Origin: Geosiphon pyriformis uo1
Lineage: Eukaryota > Fungi > Glomeromycota
Length of the DNA: 64,000 nt
Assembly (NCBI GenBank): GCA_016748015.1
Contig: JAAOMT010000295.1
Coordinates: forward strand, 868,001-932,000
Reading direction: 5' to 3'
Shown: piece after piece, positions 24,744 through 36,241 of the stretch
Numbering within the stretch: position 1 is the first letter of the stretch
Layout of the letters: every line of letters starts with the position of its first letter
Program-made: the position numbers and the translations under genes
Notes under the pieces: generated by a model
Seen by the model: only the letters and a program-made list of their open reading frames with translations
The model's database searches: none
What the model was told of the DNA's origin: nothing

Positions 24744-27387
24744 GAAGAAATTCTCTTTTTTGCTTTTAACTTAACTGATGATGACCATGACATGAATGAA
24801 TTAGCAATCAACACTTTTAAATCAACCAGAAAAAAGAAGAAAGCCAAGGTTGATTTCGTTTTAGATCCCAACAAAGCCTCAATTTCCACTGCTGATAACA
24901 ATAAGCCACCAAAAGCCAAAGTTTTTAAGAACCCTCCAAAGTTGGAATCCCCAGAAATTGTACAAAAATCTGAACCCTATTTTGTTGTCAAAGATCTCAT
25001 AGAAACCCCAGCACACATTACTTTTGGCCAGTTAATGACTCATTCACAGTTCAGAAAAGATCTCTGCAAATCTCTAATCCTCAAGAAGAAAACACCAAAG
25101 ACTAATAAACACCCTCACCAAGCTGAACTTGCTGACAACAGCAATGTCACTCTTCTAATTTGCAAAGCACAAGTGGCTGGTTACTTTATTGACTTGATCC
25201 TAGACAGTAGATCATCTGTTAGTGTAATTGCCAAACACTTCCTTGAAGCAATTGGTAGAAAAATTGATGAGTCTTTCACCCAACCAATGACCAACATACA
25301 TGGTAACAAAAAAAAAGGTCTAGATATTGCCAAAGCTATTTCTGTCTGCATCAATAACATTAGTATTGAAACTGACATGGAAGTTTTTGAAGCTAAAGAA
25401 TACACCATTATTGTTGGCAATGAGTGGCTCAAGAAAGCAAAAGCCTTACTCAACTATGAACTTTGTGAGCTAACCATAAGATGTAGTGAAAAATCTATTG
25501 TGGTTAAATGTTGTCATTAAACAACTTCTTCAGCAACCAAATAAAATCAAGAAGATGAGCAATCAGAAGAATCAGATGATGAAGAAAGTGATGAAGAAGA
25601 TAAACAAGAAGAATAAAAAGAAACTGCTGAACTCACCTACACCATCTTTACTAGCAATGACAAGCCACTAGACAATGTTAAAGCTAATAGAAAGGAATCA
25701 TTGTAAATGGCAAGCTGATCTGCTGGCCCTACTATGATATTCTAAGAAGAACCTTTGACCAAAAGCCTGGCAAGAAAGCCAAATACAGTTATTGGTGGTA
25801 TGACTCTTGTGCCTGGTGCTGGTGCAATAAACCTTTGTATTTTCCAAGTGATGAATGCAAATCATGCCTAATCTATTACAAAGATTGAGAACCAATTGGT
25901 CTAATACTAAGAGATGAATTAAAAGAAGTACAGAAGTCCTTTAAGAATGAACCACTTGAGATCTAATTATTAGTAGTAAAACAAAGAAAACCCTTCCCAG
26001 AAGAAAGAAAGATAGACATTGAAAATCTGTTGGCAAGAAACAGCCCAATTATCTCAAAAAAAGGTGATACTCCAGGACGAACCCATGTAATACAACACAC
26101 TATTACCACCAGAGAAACTCATCTCATCCATTTGAAGCCTTACCAATTCAATTGCCAAAATGATGAGTTCATTAAGAAAAAAATAAACTGGATAAAAGAA
26201 CTTAGATTCATATAAGAAACCAAGAGTGAATGGGCTTTCTCAGTTGTAGTGGTATTCAAGAAAGATGGAACCCTATGCTTCTGTGTTGACTACCGCCAAT
26301 TAAATGCTATCACTGAAAGAGACATGTACTCACTTCCCAAGATTGATGCAATGCTGAACCAATTCAAAAATACTGCTTTCTTTTCAACTATTGATCTAAC
26401 TGCTGGATTCTGGCAAGTAGAGATGAATCCAGAAAGCCAGAAGAAAACCATCTTCATTACCAAGTATGGCACCTATGAATTCACAATCATGCCTTTTGGT
26501 CTTACCAATGCCCCTCTTATCTTTTAATGCTTAATGGATAAAGTATTTGAATTAGTGAAAGAAAACTTTGTTCTGGTCTATCTGGACAATATAATAGTGT
26601 ACTCAAAAACCTGGGATGAACACCTTGAACATTTGCAAAAGGTTTTTGATCTTTTCAGAAATGCAGGTCTCAAGATCAACCCAATCAAATCTTTCTTTGG
26701 AAAACAATTCACCCAATTCCTTGGCCATTTTATTACAAAAGATAGAATTTTCCCTGATCCAGCCAAAGTTGAAAAAGTTCAGAACATAAGACAACCAATA
26801 AATGTTTGTGAGTTATGTTCTTTCCTTGGTTTGGCCTCCTATTATCACAAATTTGTTAAGAATTTCTCCAAAATTGCCTCTCCACTCAATCAGCTACTCA
26901 GAAAAATGTTAACTACTATTGGAACACACATCAGCAGAAAGCATTTGAAACTCTCAAAGAAAAATTGGCTACAGAACCTATTCTCAAGCAATCTGATCTG
27001 GATCAACCTTTTATTTTTCACACTGATACATCTGGCTATGGACTTGGTGCTGTTTTTTCACAAAAAAATGAAGATGGCAGAAAACATGCAATAGTCTATG
27101 CCAGTAGAACTCTTACACCAGCAGAAAAGAACTATTCAATTACTGAGCAGGAATGCTTAGCAATTGTTTGGGCTACCAGCTACTGGGATAAGTATCTCCT
27201 TGGTGTGAAGTTTTTGGTGGTAACAGATCACCAAGCTTTGGTTTGGCTGTGCAACAAAAAAAAGCTAGAACATAAACAGATAGCCTGCTAGATACTCCAC
27301 TTGAATGAATTTGATTATAATATTTAACACCATAAAAGAGCTAATCATTAAAACGCCAAAGCTCTTTCCAGACTTACCACTAAGTAA
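24702..27387 (+). pseudogene. B1 Pol: aspartic protease, small Cys-rich linker, RT, RNase H (no integrase, no dUTPase)
   Basis: Motifs LILDS(G>R)SSVSVI, FCVDYRQLN, MPFGLTNAP, VYLD(D>N)II, TDTSGYGLGAV and VTDHQAL. Ends LSRLTTK* at 27385-27387. Confidence 0.9.
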
Positions 27388-27451
27388 CAGTACAACCTTC
27401 CAAACCAAACCAATCTATTTATTAGTAATTCTCTTACAACCAAACACGATA

Positions 27452-28754
27452 ATGGACTTAGACAACTACTTTGCCTTAATGGAATTTTTGGGTAAAAAAC
27501 AATACCCACTGGAATACACTCGACAGCAAAGAGAACATTTGTGCAAACAATCAAATTTTTATTTGATCCACCAGAACCAATTATATAAAAGAAATAGAAA
27601 AAATTCTGACCACCCCCAAAGAGTCATAAAATTTGAAGAAAGAAAAATTGTGATCTACAACATGCACACTGATCCATTAGCTGGACACTTTGGAAAAACA
27701 AAAACAATTTAAAAAACTCTAACTTGTTATTATTGGCCTACCTTAGGAAAAGACATTGCTAAATACATCAAAACCTGTAATACCTGCCAAAGAAGAGGAA
27801 AACCCAATCACAAAGAAGACATCCATCTAATCTCTGTTGGCCAACCCTTTAACAGAATTGGTATAGATGTTGTTGGACCATTAACAATAACTCCTGATGG
27901 CAACAGATATATTATTACAGCTACTGACTATCTTATAAAGTGAGTAGAAGCAAAAGCCACCCCAGATCAAACAGCAGTTTCCATTGCTAATTTCATTTAT
28001 GAAGATATCATTTGTCGCCATGACTGCTCCAAAGAATTTTTATCTGATAGAGGAAGAGCTTTTCTCAGTACACTGATTGAAGAACTTTGTAAAAAAATGG
28101 GAATATGTTACAAACTTTTCTCCTCTTATTACTCCCAAACAAATGGCTTAGTGAAACGTTTCAATAGAACACTGTGTGAAATCTTAGCCATAACAAGTGA
28201 AGAAACAAACTTATGGGACAAAGTACTGTCTTCAGCTTTGTTTGCTTATAGAACTGTGAATCATGACATAACAAGTTATGAACCTTTTTATCTGCTCTAT
28301 GGATGCATGGCAATACTACTAATAAAAACTGACATTGAGACAATACTCTTTGAAGAAATCACAATAGCAAATTACACAAAAAAGACTGGGTACCATTCTT
28401 AACTCATTGGTAGAAGCATGAATAGTTGCTTTTGAAAAGATAAAACAGTTTTAAGAAAAGCTTAAAAAGAAAAAAACCTATAAAACACTTTCTTTAAGAG
28501 TTGGTAGCTTGGTATTAGAATACTGTTCAGACAGAGACAATGTTTATGATGATAAATTTTCTAGCCAGTGAAAAGAACCCTTTATAGTCAACAAAGTTTT
28601 GAACAATGGTTCTTATATTCTTCAAGATCAATCCAGAACAATCTTTAATGATTGTTCTATTCATGACATGCAACTCAAGAAATATCACAAATGATCTGAT
28701 TGGTTATCTGTTGTAATAATACTGACCCAAATAATCAGCAAAAATCAGATATAA
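27452..28754 (+). pseudogene. B1 integrase as a separate ORF
   Basis: ATG at 27452 (MDLDNYFALMEFLG), HHCC (H..GHFG..C..C), core IGIDVVGP..SDRG..QTNGLV(E>K)RFN, and a GPF-like C-terminal region. No chromodomain is seen. Confidence 0.88.
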
Positions 28755-28795
28755 ATAAATGCACCACTCCCAAAACAGAAGTATTTTCAATTAAC

Positions 28796-29452
28796 ATGAA
28801 CAATTATTTTCTGGATCAAAACATTCAAAACACTTTCTATACTCTTCATGAGTATTGGATTAAAAACTATTCAAATGCTACTTTGACCATTGGAAAACAA
28901 ACTACAATAACTAACAACAATGGAACACATACTGTTATTAGACCAAAAAAAACAACTACCAGAAAAGAAAGAATTGGTAGCAAAATAGATAAATATTTGC
29001 TAGAAAATATAACAGCAGCAATACTTGCACCTTTCATCACAATTGGAAAAACAATTAAAAAAATTTTGCCCATAGACAAAAACTTGTCATATGGAAGACA
29101 ACTAGAACTCTATAGTTGCCTTGGTGAAATCATAGAAGACATGAAGCTTATGAAGAAAACAACTTCTAAAATACAAGTGGAAATTTTGGACATTGTATAA
29201 TTAGATGTTCTAAGAGTTTTGACCATTGCAAAAAGAGTTAAAACTTTAATACAAAGATTTGGTCTCTTAAATACAAAACTTATTTTATCTTAAGTATTAT
29301 ATACTTTATCCACAAAAAACTTCAACAAACTAGTTAGTTTTGAGTTAAATAAAACCCTTCAAATAGAGTATTCTCTAAATAGTTTGATTTTGCCGGAGCT
29401 CAATCTCTTTGGAGAGAATGATGTTATGGTTAAGACCTATACTTCTTATTAA
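28796..29452 (+). pseudogene. B1 ORF3: unknown ~218-aa protein in the env position
   Basis: MNNYFLDQNIQN... stays in one frame with two CAA>TAA stops. It is conserved with B2 51867-52523 and ends inside the 3' LTR. Confidence 0.8.
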
Positions 29453-32400
29453 TTATTACATGTATTAGCCACTAATGTCATATGATTAGTCATACTATTT
29501 TTAGAAAGTGATCATTGACCTGATCAATAACCTGATCATTGATCTGATCATTGACTTAATCATTGACCACTTTTGATAGCTATATAAGTGATGAATCTCT
29601 TAGCTGTAGAAAAGCATGTAATAACAAGCATCTGAATAATCAAGAATAAATAAAATAACAACTTTCATCTCAATTTTTCTCTTATTACTAATTTCTCTTT
29701 CCCTACCTTTAAGTATCTAAACATCTTAAAAATAAAAGATTACTTGTTGGCCTTTTTCTGACATATATAATTGTAGCATTTGAAGATTATTTGAATAAAC
29801 ATGACTGAAAAGCACAAGTTGATACCTGATATTGAATTCTAAGAGCGCCAATGTGAGGCATAGAATTATACTAGTAGTGATCAATTGTTGACAGTACAGA
29901 CTATCCCTCTACTTTCAGATCTCCAGTTATCTTTGAAAAAAATAGTGATTAAGATATTTTATGAGACTGATCTTACACATTGAATCCATACTTATTCAAT
30001 TTGCTCTTTAAAGTTGAATTCTCCTTTGATTATTTCTATCATCCTACAATCTTGTTCTCTCTTGCTATCCATTAGCTTGTTATTTTAACTTGTAACAATA
30101 CATTTTGGTAAACTACAAGTTATTTCTACAAATTATTGATTATTTCAGCAAATTTTCATTAATTTCGGCAAATTTTGACTATATTAAATGGTTCAGAATA
30201 TTGTGTAATTTGATCATTTTAATTTTTATGGTACAAATTGAATTATTGATTAAATAATGATATTTGATAATTTGGTTAAATAATAAGTAATAATTGAAAT
30301 AATAATAATATATGCTAATTAATAATAAGAATTATGAGGATAATTTCATACTAATTAATAGTTAAAATTTTACTGGTAATATCACAAAAAACTTAGTAAC
30401 ACCAAGAAGTCAAACTATGCTATTTAACAACTCAGTTGCCGAGCTATAACATAAATTATATATTATTTTATTATTACTCACCAAGCCAGTTCTTTTTATC
30501 TTAGTTCTAAACTTAGTTTTATCCAGCCAAACCAGTGAACAATACTTCATTACTAGTTAATTCACAAAAGAAACAACAACTGCTAAAGCTTTTTTCTTAG
30601 TTTCAAATATTACTATTGCTTTTATGTACCAGTCTTTAAGCACAAAACTCTTACAGATTACAGCATACAAGCCCACATTTACTGAGTATTGAGAGAATGT
30701 TTTCAGTACTGCAAAAGATAAATAATTACAGACATTGATGTTACAAATAATTATTTGGGGTCTCTAATTAAATAACAAACTTATAACTTAGTGTTTAATA
30801 GCTGTAATTTATGGTAATGTTTGAAGGTTTTATAATCTAAAGGTTTTGGTTGAGTCTTTTGTATAATGAACATAAATTTAATGGTGTGTAATTTTTTTGT
30901 AATGCATTTTTCAATTTTTTTCTTCAGCTTGGTGGTTAATTTATTCTGGCAGTCATGCTTTTCTGGTAAGCTATTCAATTTTCATTTTGTATCCTTCTAT
31001 TCAGGTCTTTTACCAGACTATTTATGATGTCAATAATTTAGTGCTTAATTCTTTAATCAATTAATAAACAACAACAAAAATAAAATACAAAAAAAATTAA
31101 AGAAATAAAATATAAGCCAAGACAATAAAGTTAGTATCCTATCAATAGCCATAATCAAAAGCTATTGTTTTAGTGTGATTAAGTATTCAATATTATTAAC
31201 ATGAAGTGTTAATAATGGGGAAAGTAATTTAGATGATAAATAATTATTTATTAATATTAATAATTTTAATAGAGATGTGATAAATGGAAAAGTATTGGTA
31301 ATTATTCTCCCTTTTTTGCTTCTAATGCTCTTGCTATATATACATAATTTAGGTTCTATAAGATTACTCACATTCCTGAGTAATGTGCTATAATTTCTTG
31401 AGTAATGTGCTTATGTGCTAACTACTACTTTCTTATTGGTCTATTTGTTTTCTTACTATTTTTTTTATATGTTTTTTTTATGAGTAATATTGTTATGAGT
31501 TGGAATAATAAGCTAACAGTATTACCAGAGGTTTTTGGTCTCTTTTCTTAAATGTTGTCGATGCTTGTTTGCTGTGAATTCACGTTTTCTGGATGTGGTT
31601 AAACCTCCAGTAACTGAATTTATCTTGAAATTATTTCCTATAATTTGAGCTGCTGGGCTTATGAGTGGAATGGCCAATTCCATGCCAGTTACTTTATGTA
31701 GTTATGTTGTAGTAAACGTCAACTTTTTCCCAGAAATTGCTCATCTGAAAGCTCACTAAAATGTATAGTTACTTTGCTGTAAAAGTCAACTCTTCTACAG
31801 AAATCTTGTCTGTAGGCTACCCTAATGATTATGATAATAAAAGAAAAGAAAATAAAAGAAAAGGAAAGAAAAAGAAGAAATAAGGAATTGATTTGTTAAA
31901 GTCGTTTTGGATCCAGGCCTGGAAGTGTTTTAACAGTCTACTGAAATTGGTAGCTAATCAATTTCAAACTGTTAGTTGTGTTTTTAAGGATTTTCCAAGT
32001 GCAATAATTTAAAAAATTTGGTTTTTCGAATTATTTGATATTTATTTCTTTTTGTGTGTGTAGAAATGGTTCTAAGTGATAAATCTAAAGTAAGATACAT
32101 TTTCTCAAAGAGAGAAGCTCTTCTTTTTATACAACTTGTTGTAACACTATTCTATGAACTTGAACTTTGCTATTTTCTACAATTTTGCTGAACTAAAGAT
32201 ACATTTTGGTGAACTACAAGTTATTTCTGCGAACTATTAGATATTTCAGTGAACTATCAATTATTTCGGCGAATTTCTATAAATTTCGGTGAACTTTTGA
32301 ATGTTACATAGTTCAGGGTATTGCATGATTGATCATTGCAATTAGGTTACATTTATGTTGTGTACAATTTGGGTTATTAATTAAATGATAATTTCGGATA

Positions 32401-32461
32401 TTTTTGCTAATGTAATAAGTGATAATTTGAAACAATAATATGTGCTAATTAATGATAGGAA

Positions 32462-33157
32462 TTATAAGATAGTTTCATGCTCAATGATATCTCTAATTTC
32501 GTTTGATAACATAACCTCCTTCTCAAGACTGAGCTCCGTCAAAGTCCAAGTACTGTTTGTTATTTCCAGATAATAATCCAAAATTATTGAAGAAATTTGG
32601 TCTGAAAATTGTTGAAATTTCAGTTCTGTGAGCTTTTCAATGTATTGAATCTTCAAAGGTTGAAAAATTGGGTTTTGTAGTACATTTTCACAGGTGTGGA
32701 ATAGGTCATAAAGTCTAAGAGCAGCTCTGAGCCTGTAGTGACTGTTTGTTGATCCAGCTATTGTCTTGAATTCATTGTGGAGTTGTTTCTGAATAGCTTC
32801 TTTTGTGAGGTTTGCTGTTGTAAGTTCCAATTTCCGTTCGTAGAGTGTTTTTTCAATGTGAAAATATCTATAGATTGGAGAATATTCAGTGTTTTTCTCA
32901 TTGCGACACAGTTGAAATTTTTGTTGAATTGTAGTATTTGGTGGAATACTAATCAGAGTGAGCATTAGATTTTCTCTTAAAGCAAGCTTTAAAAGTTCTG
33001 GCAGGTGAATTCCAGTATAACTTCTTGTGTTCTTTTTATACGGGTAATATTTTTGTGAATTTGGGGCTAAATTTGTAACTACTTCTGTTTAGGTATAATT
33101 AATGTGGTTTCTAGTAACAGTAATAGATGATTCGGGTATTGTTTTTAAAGCTAACAT
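32462..33157 (-). pseudogene. A1 ORF3: unknown protein in the env position
   Basis: Closely matches A2 43442-44113 (YRYFHIEKTLYERKLEL..RLRAALRLYDLF). Confidence 0.82.
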
Positions 33158-33320
33158 TAGTTTTTGGGATAATTGTTGAATGTTTTAAAGAATAGTCATT
33201 ATAAGCAATTTGAAATAAAAGAAAATTATTTTTGGTGCATGGGTTTTTATGTTATTTTTGTTTTGTTTTTGTGAGATTGTTTTTAAATTATAAGAAGATA
33301 ACTATAATAATTAATTTAAA

Positions 33321-34705
33321 TTAAGTGTTCAAGTTGGGAGACTGTTCAATGACAACTATTGGTTCTAAATTTCGGGAAATGTCTTTAGAATTGATTAAAG
33401 AGAAATGTGTACCAATTTGTGAAATTAATAGTTCAGGATTGTTTCTGGAATTATAGTGTTTCAAACGATCTCCATGTGCAACTTTTGCTAGAATTTTGTT
33501 ATCAAGTCTTAGCTTATATGATCCGTTGCCTAAAACTTTATGGATAAAGAATGGTTCATCCTATTTATTTTCAAATTTCTCACTCCATTGTTTTTCAGAT
33601 TTAGTTCTGTGTAAGAGAACTTTGTTTCTGATTTTAAATTTATTGGTGACTGGAGGCAATTTGTTATTATGCCGTTCTTTTTGTTGAGCTTGGGAGTTTT
33701 CAATATGGGTGGCTGCTATTCATTATTTTTCTTCTAACGTGCTAAGCAGAGTGTAGGCTTTTCATTGAAGTGTTTCCTGAAAATTGTTTTTATTGATTGG
33801 TTGTGCTGGGTATGTTTCCACTGTGAACTTAATTGGTAGTGTTACTGTCCTTCCATAAGTTAAATCAAATGGTGTGTGTTTTGTGGTATCTTGTTTTAGT
33901 GTTCTATATGCTAGTAACACTGATGGAATAAAGATATCCCATTCTTGCTCAAAATCAGTTGAGACTTTGGCTAATGACTCACACAATGTTCTGTTAAAAC
34001 GTTCCACAAGTCCGTTTGTTTGTGGATGGTAGGGCAAAGACAGAGGTCTTTTGACATTGAATCGTTCGCAAATTTCTTGTATTAGATTGTTCACAAAATG
34101 TGTATCCTGGTCGGATAAAAGTTCAATCAGACATCTGTGTCTACAAATGATGTCTTCATAGATGAAATTTGCTACTGATTTTGCATCTGCTCATTGAATG
34201 GCTCTGGCTTCAGGCCATTTAGTAAAATAGTCTACAGCTACTGCAATATAACGGTTTTCTTGAGTGGTGATAGATAATGGTCCAACTAAATCAATACCAA
34301 CTCAGTCAAAGGGTTGTTCAACTTTGATTGAATTTAATGGTTCAGTAAGGTGTGTTCCTCCTTTTCTTTGACAACTATCACAAGATTCGACATATTTGTG
34401 AATGTTTTTCCTCATTTGAGGCCAAAAATAGTATTCTAGTGTTCTTTGAGTGGTGCTATCTTTTCCGAAGTGTGCTGATGAAGGATCTGAGTGCATGTTG
34501 TATAATATGGTCTCTTTTTCCTGTTCTTGTATTAGTCTGAGTGATTTGTCTGGGTTTTTGAAATTTTGATGATAAATAATATTGTTGTGTAAAAAATATT
34601 GTTTGGCTTGTTGTTGTAGTTAATGTTTTTTATCTAGAGACCAATTTGTTGAGATTGTTAATGTTTCTAAATATTGTTTAAGATTGTTGTAGTTTCTGAA
34701 TTCAT
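33321..34705 (-). pseudogene. A1 integrase as a separate ORF
   Basis: ATG at 34705, 49 nt after the RNase H stop (34755-34757). Motifs MHSDPSSAHFG..CDSCQ and YHPQTNGLVERFNRT; C-terminal EPIVVIEQ. Confidence 0.88.
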
Positions 34706-34754
34706 TGTTTGTTGGCTCTTTTGGTTGGTTAAGTTGAGTGTTGGTTTTTGTTTT

Positions 34755-35215
34755 CTAATCTTGTCTCATTCTGAAGAGACAGTCTACATTGGTGTGGAGT
34801 TTTCCTGGTTTGTGATGTACTATGTATCGATAATTTGCTAGAAATCCTGTCCATTGGGTTTGTTTTGTATTTAGCTGAGTATTTTTGTTCTGAAGCTATT
34901 TGAGTCCAATATTATCAGTGATAATATCAAATTCTTTAGGCCTGAGATAAAGGTTGAAGTGGTGTAGGGCCCAAATTACGGCTGCTGTTTCTAGTTCTGT
35001 GGCAGGGTAGTTTTTCTCAGCTGGTTTTAATGTTCTGTTAGCATAAGCAATTACTCACTTATTTCCATTGTCATCTAGTTGTGATAAGATGGCACCAAAG
35101 GCAGTATATGAAGCATCTGTAGCTAGTCGAAATCGGTTGCTAAAATCTGGGTAGGTGAGGATTGGGGCTGTTGTTAGTTTTTCTTTGAGAATTTCAAAAG
35201 CTTTTTGGTGTTCAG
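34755..35215 (-). pseudogene. A1 RNase H portion of Pol (continues from 45047)
   Basis: Reads EHQKAFEILKEKLTTAPILTYPDF..ATDASYTAFGAIL and ends RMRQD*. Confidence 0.88.
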
Positions 35216-35899
35216 TTTTACCAGACAAAATTAGAGATATCATTTAGCATGAAATTATCTCATAATTCCTATCATTAATTAGCATATATTATCGTTTCAA
35301 ATTATCACTTATTACATTAGCAAAGAATGTCCGAAATTATCATTTAATTAATAACCCAAATTGTACACAACACAAATGTAACCTAATTGCGATGATCAAT
35401 CATGCAATACCCCAAACTATGTAACATTCAAAAGTTCACCGAAATTTATAGAAATTCACTGAAATAATTGATAGTTTACCGAAATATCTAATAGTTCACA
35501 GAAATAACTTGTAGTTTGCCGAAATGTATCTTTAGTTCAGCGAAATTGTAGAAAATAGCAAAGTTCAAGTTCATAGAATAGTGTTATGACAAGTTGTATA
35601 AAAGAAGAGCTTCTCTCTTCAAAAAAATGTATCTTACTTTATATTTGTCACTTAGAACCATTCATACACACACAGAAAAAAAATAAATATCAAATAATTT
35701 GAAAAACCAAATTCTTTAATTATTGCACTTGGAAAATCCCCAAAACCCAACTAACGTTTTGAAATTGATTAGCTACCAATTTCAGTAAACTGTTAGTGAC
35801 TCCAGGCCTGGATAGAAAACATTTCCCTTAATAAAATCCTATTTCTTTTACACTTCTTTTATTTTTCTTTTCTTTTTTTATTACAATTATTAGGGTAGC

Positions 35900-36063
35900 C
35901 TACAGACAAAATTCCTGTAGAAGAGTTGACTTTCACAGCAAAGTAACTACACATTTTTAGTGAGCTTCCAGACAAGCAATTCCTGGGAAAGAGTTGACGT
36001 TTACTACAACGTAACTACATAAAGCAACTGGCATGGAATTGGCCATTCCACTCATAAGCCCAG
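35900..36063 (+). promoter_or_regulatory. Duplicated hairpin module in the 3' part of LTR-A (putative structured RNA element)
   Basis: AGTT-G-ACTTT-CACAGC-AAAGT-AACT (35924-35948) and AGTT-G-ACGTT-TACTAC-AACGT-AACT (35992-36016), each preceded by a CAG..CTG stem. Present in all five LTR-A copies. Confidence 0.6.
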
Positions 36064-36241
36064 CAAGTTCAAATTATAGAAGATAATATGAAGTTAAAAA
36101 TTCAGTCACTAGAGGTTCAACCACACCCAGAAAACGTGAATTCACAGCAAATAAGTATTAACAACATTACAGAAAAGAGACCAAAAACCTCCGGTAATAT
36201 TTGGTGCTCTCCCATGGAAATAACACAGCAACAAATTCAAA

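Larger units (their letters stand above)
22385..30097 (+). mobile_element. B1: full-length Ty3/gypsy-like LTR retrotransposon, family B
   Basis: LTRs 22385-23102 and 29422-30097 (TGTTA..TAACA), TSD ATAC on both sides, PBS 23109-23125, PPT ggagagaatga before 29422. Domain order gag-PR-RT-RH / IN / ORF3. Confidence 0.95.
21693..30381 (-). mobile_element. Solo LTR of family A (pieces 21693-22384 and 30102-30381), split by element B1
   Basis: Reverse complement of LTR-A (A2 subtype), with decayed TG..CA ends. TSD CCAC (21689-21692) / TCAC (30382-30385). Confidence 0.87.
21468..30738 (-). mobile_element. L3: LINE 3' portion split by LTR insertions (pieces 21468-21692 and 30382-30738)
   Basis: Removing 21693-30385 restores in-frame ...LLGVTKFF-VVNFGKYRLCFFFSGLISSVKIFVDV*, homologous to the L1/L2 ORF2 C-terminus. 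The 3' UTR and tail lie at 21468-21611. Confidence 0.85.

Noticed and set aside
35900-36016. Hammerhead ribozyme or iron-responsive element in the LTR-A module
   Set aside because: CAGACGAG/CAGATGAG is not CUGANGA, and no stem-GAAA-stem-UH arrangement fits. The bulge is G and the loop is not CAGUGH.
36202-36218. Specific tRNA assignment for the family A PBS
   Set aside because: TGGTGCTCTCCC is PBS-like but fits several tRNA acceptor ends. It needs the host tRNA set.
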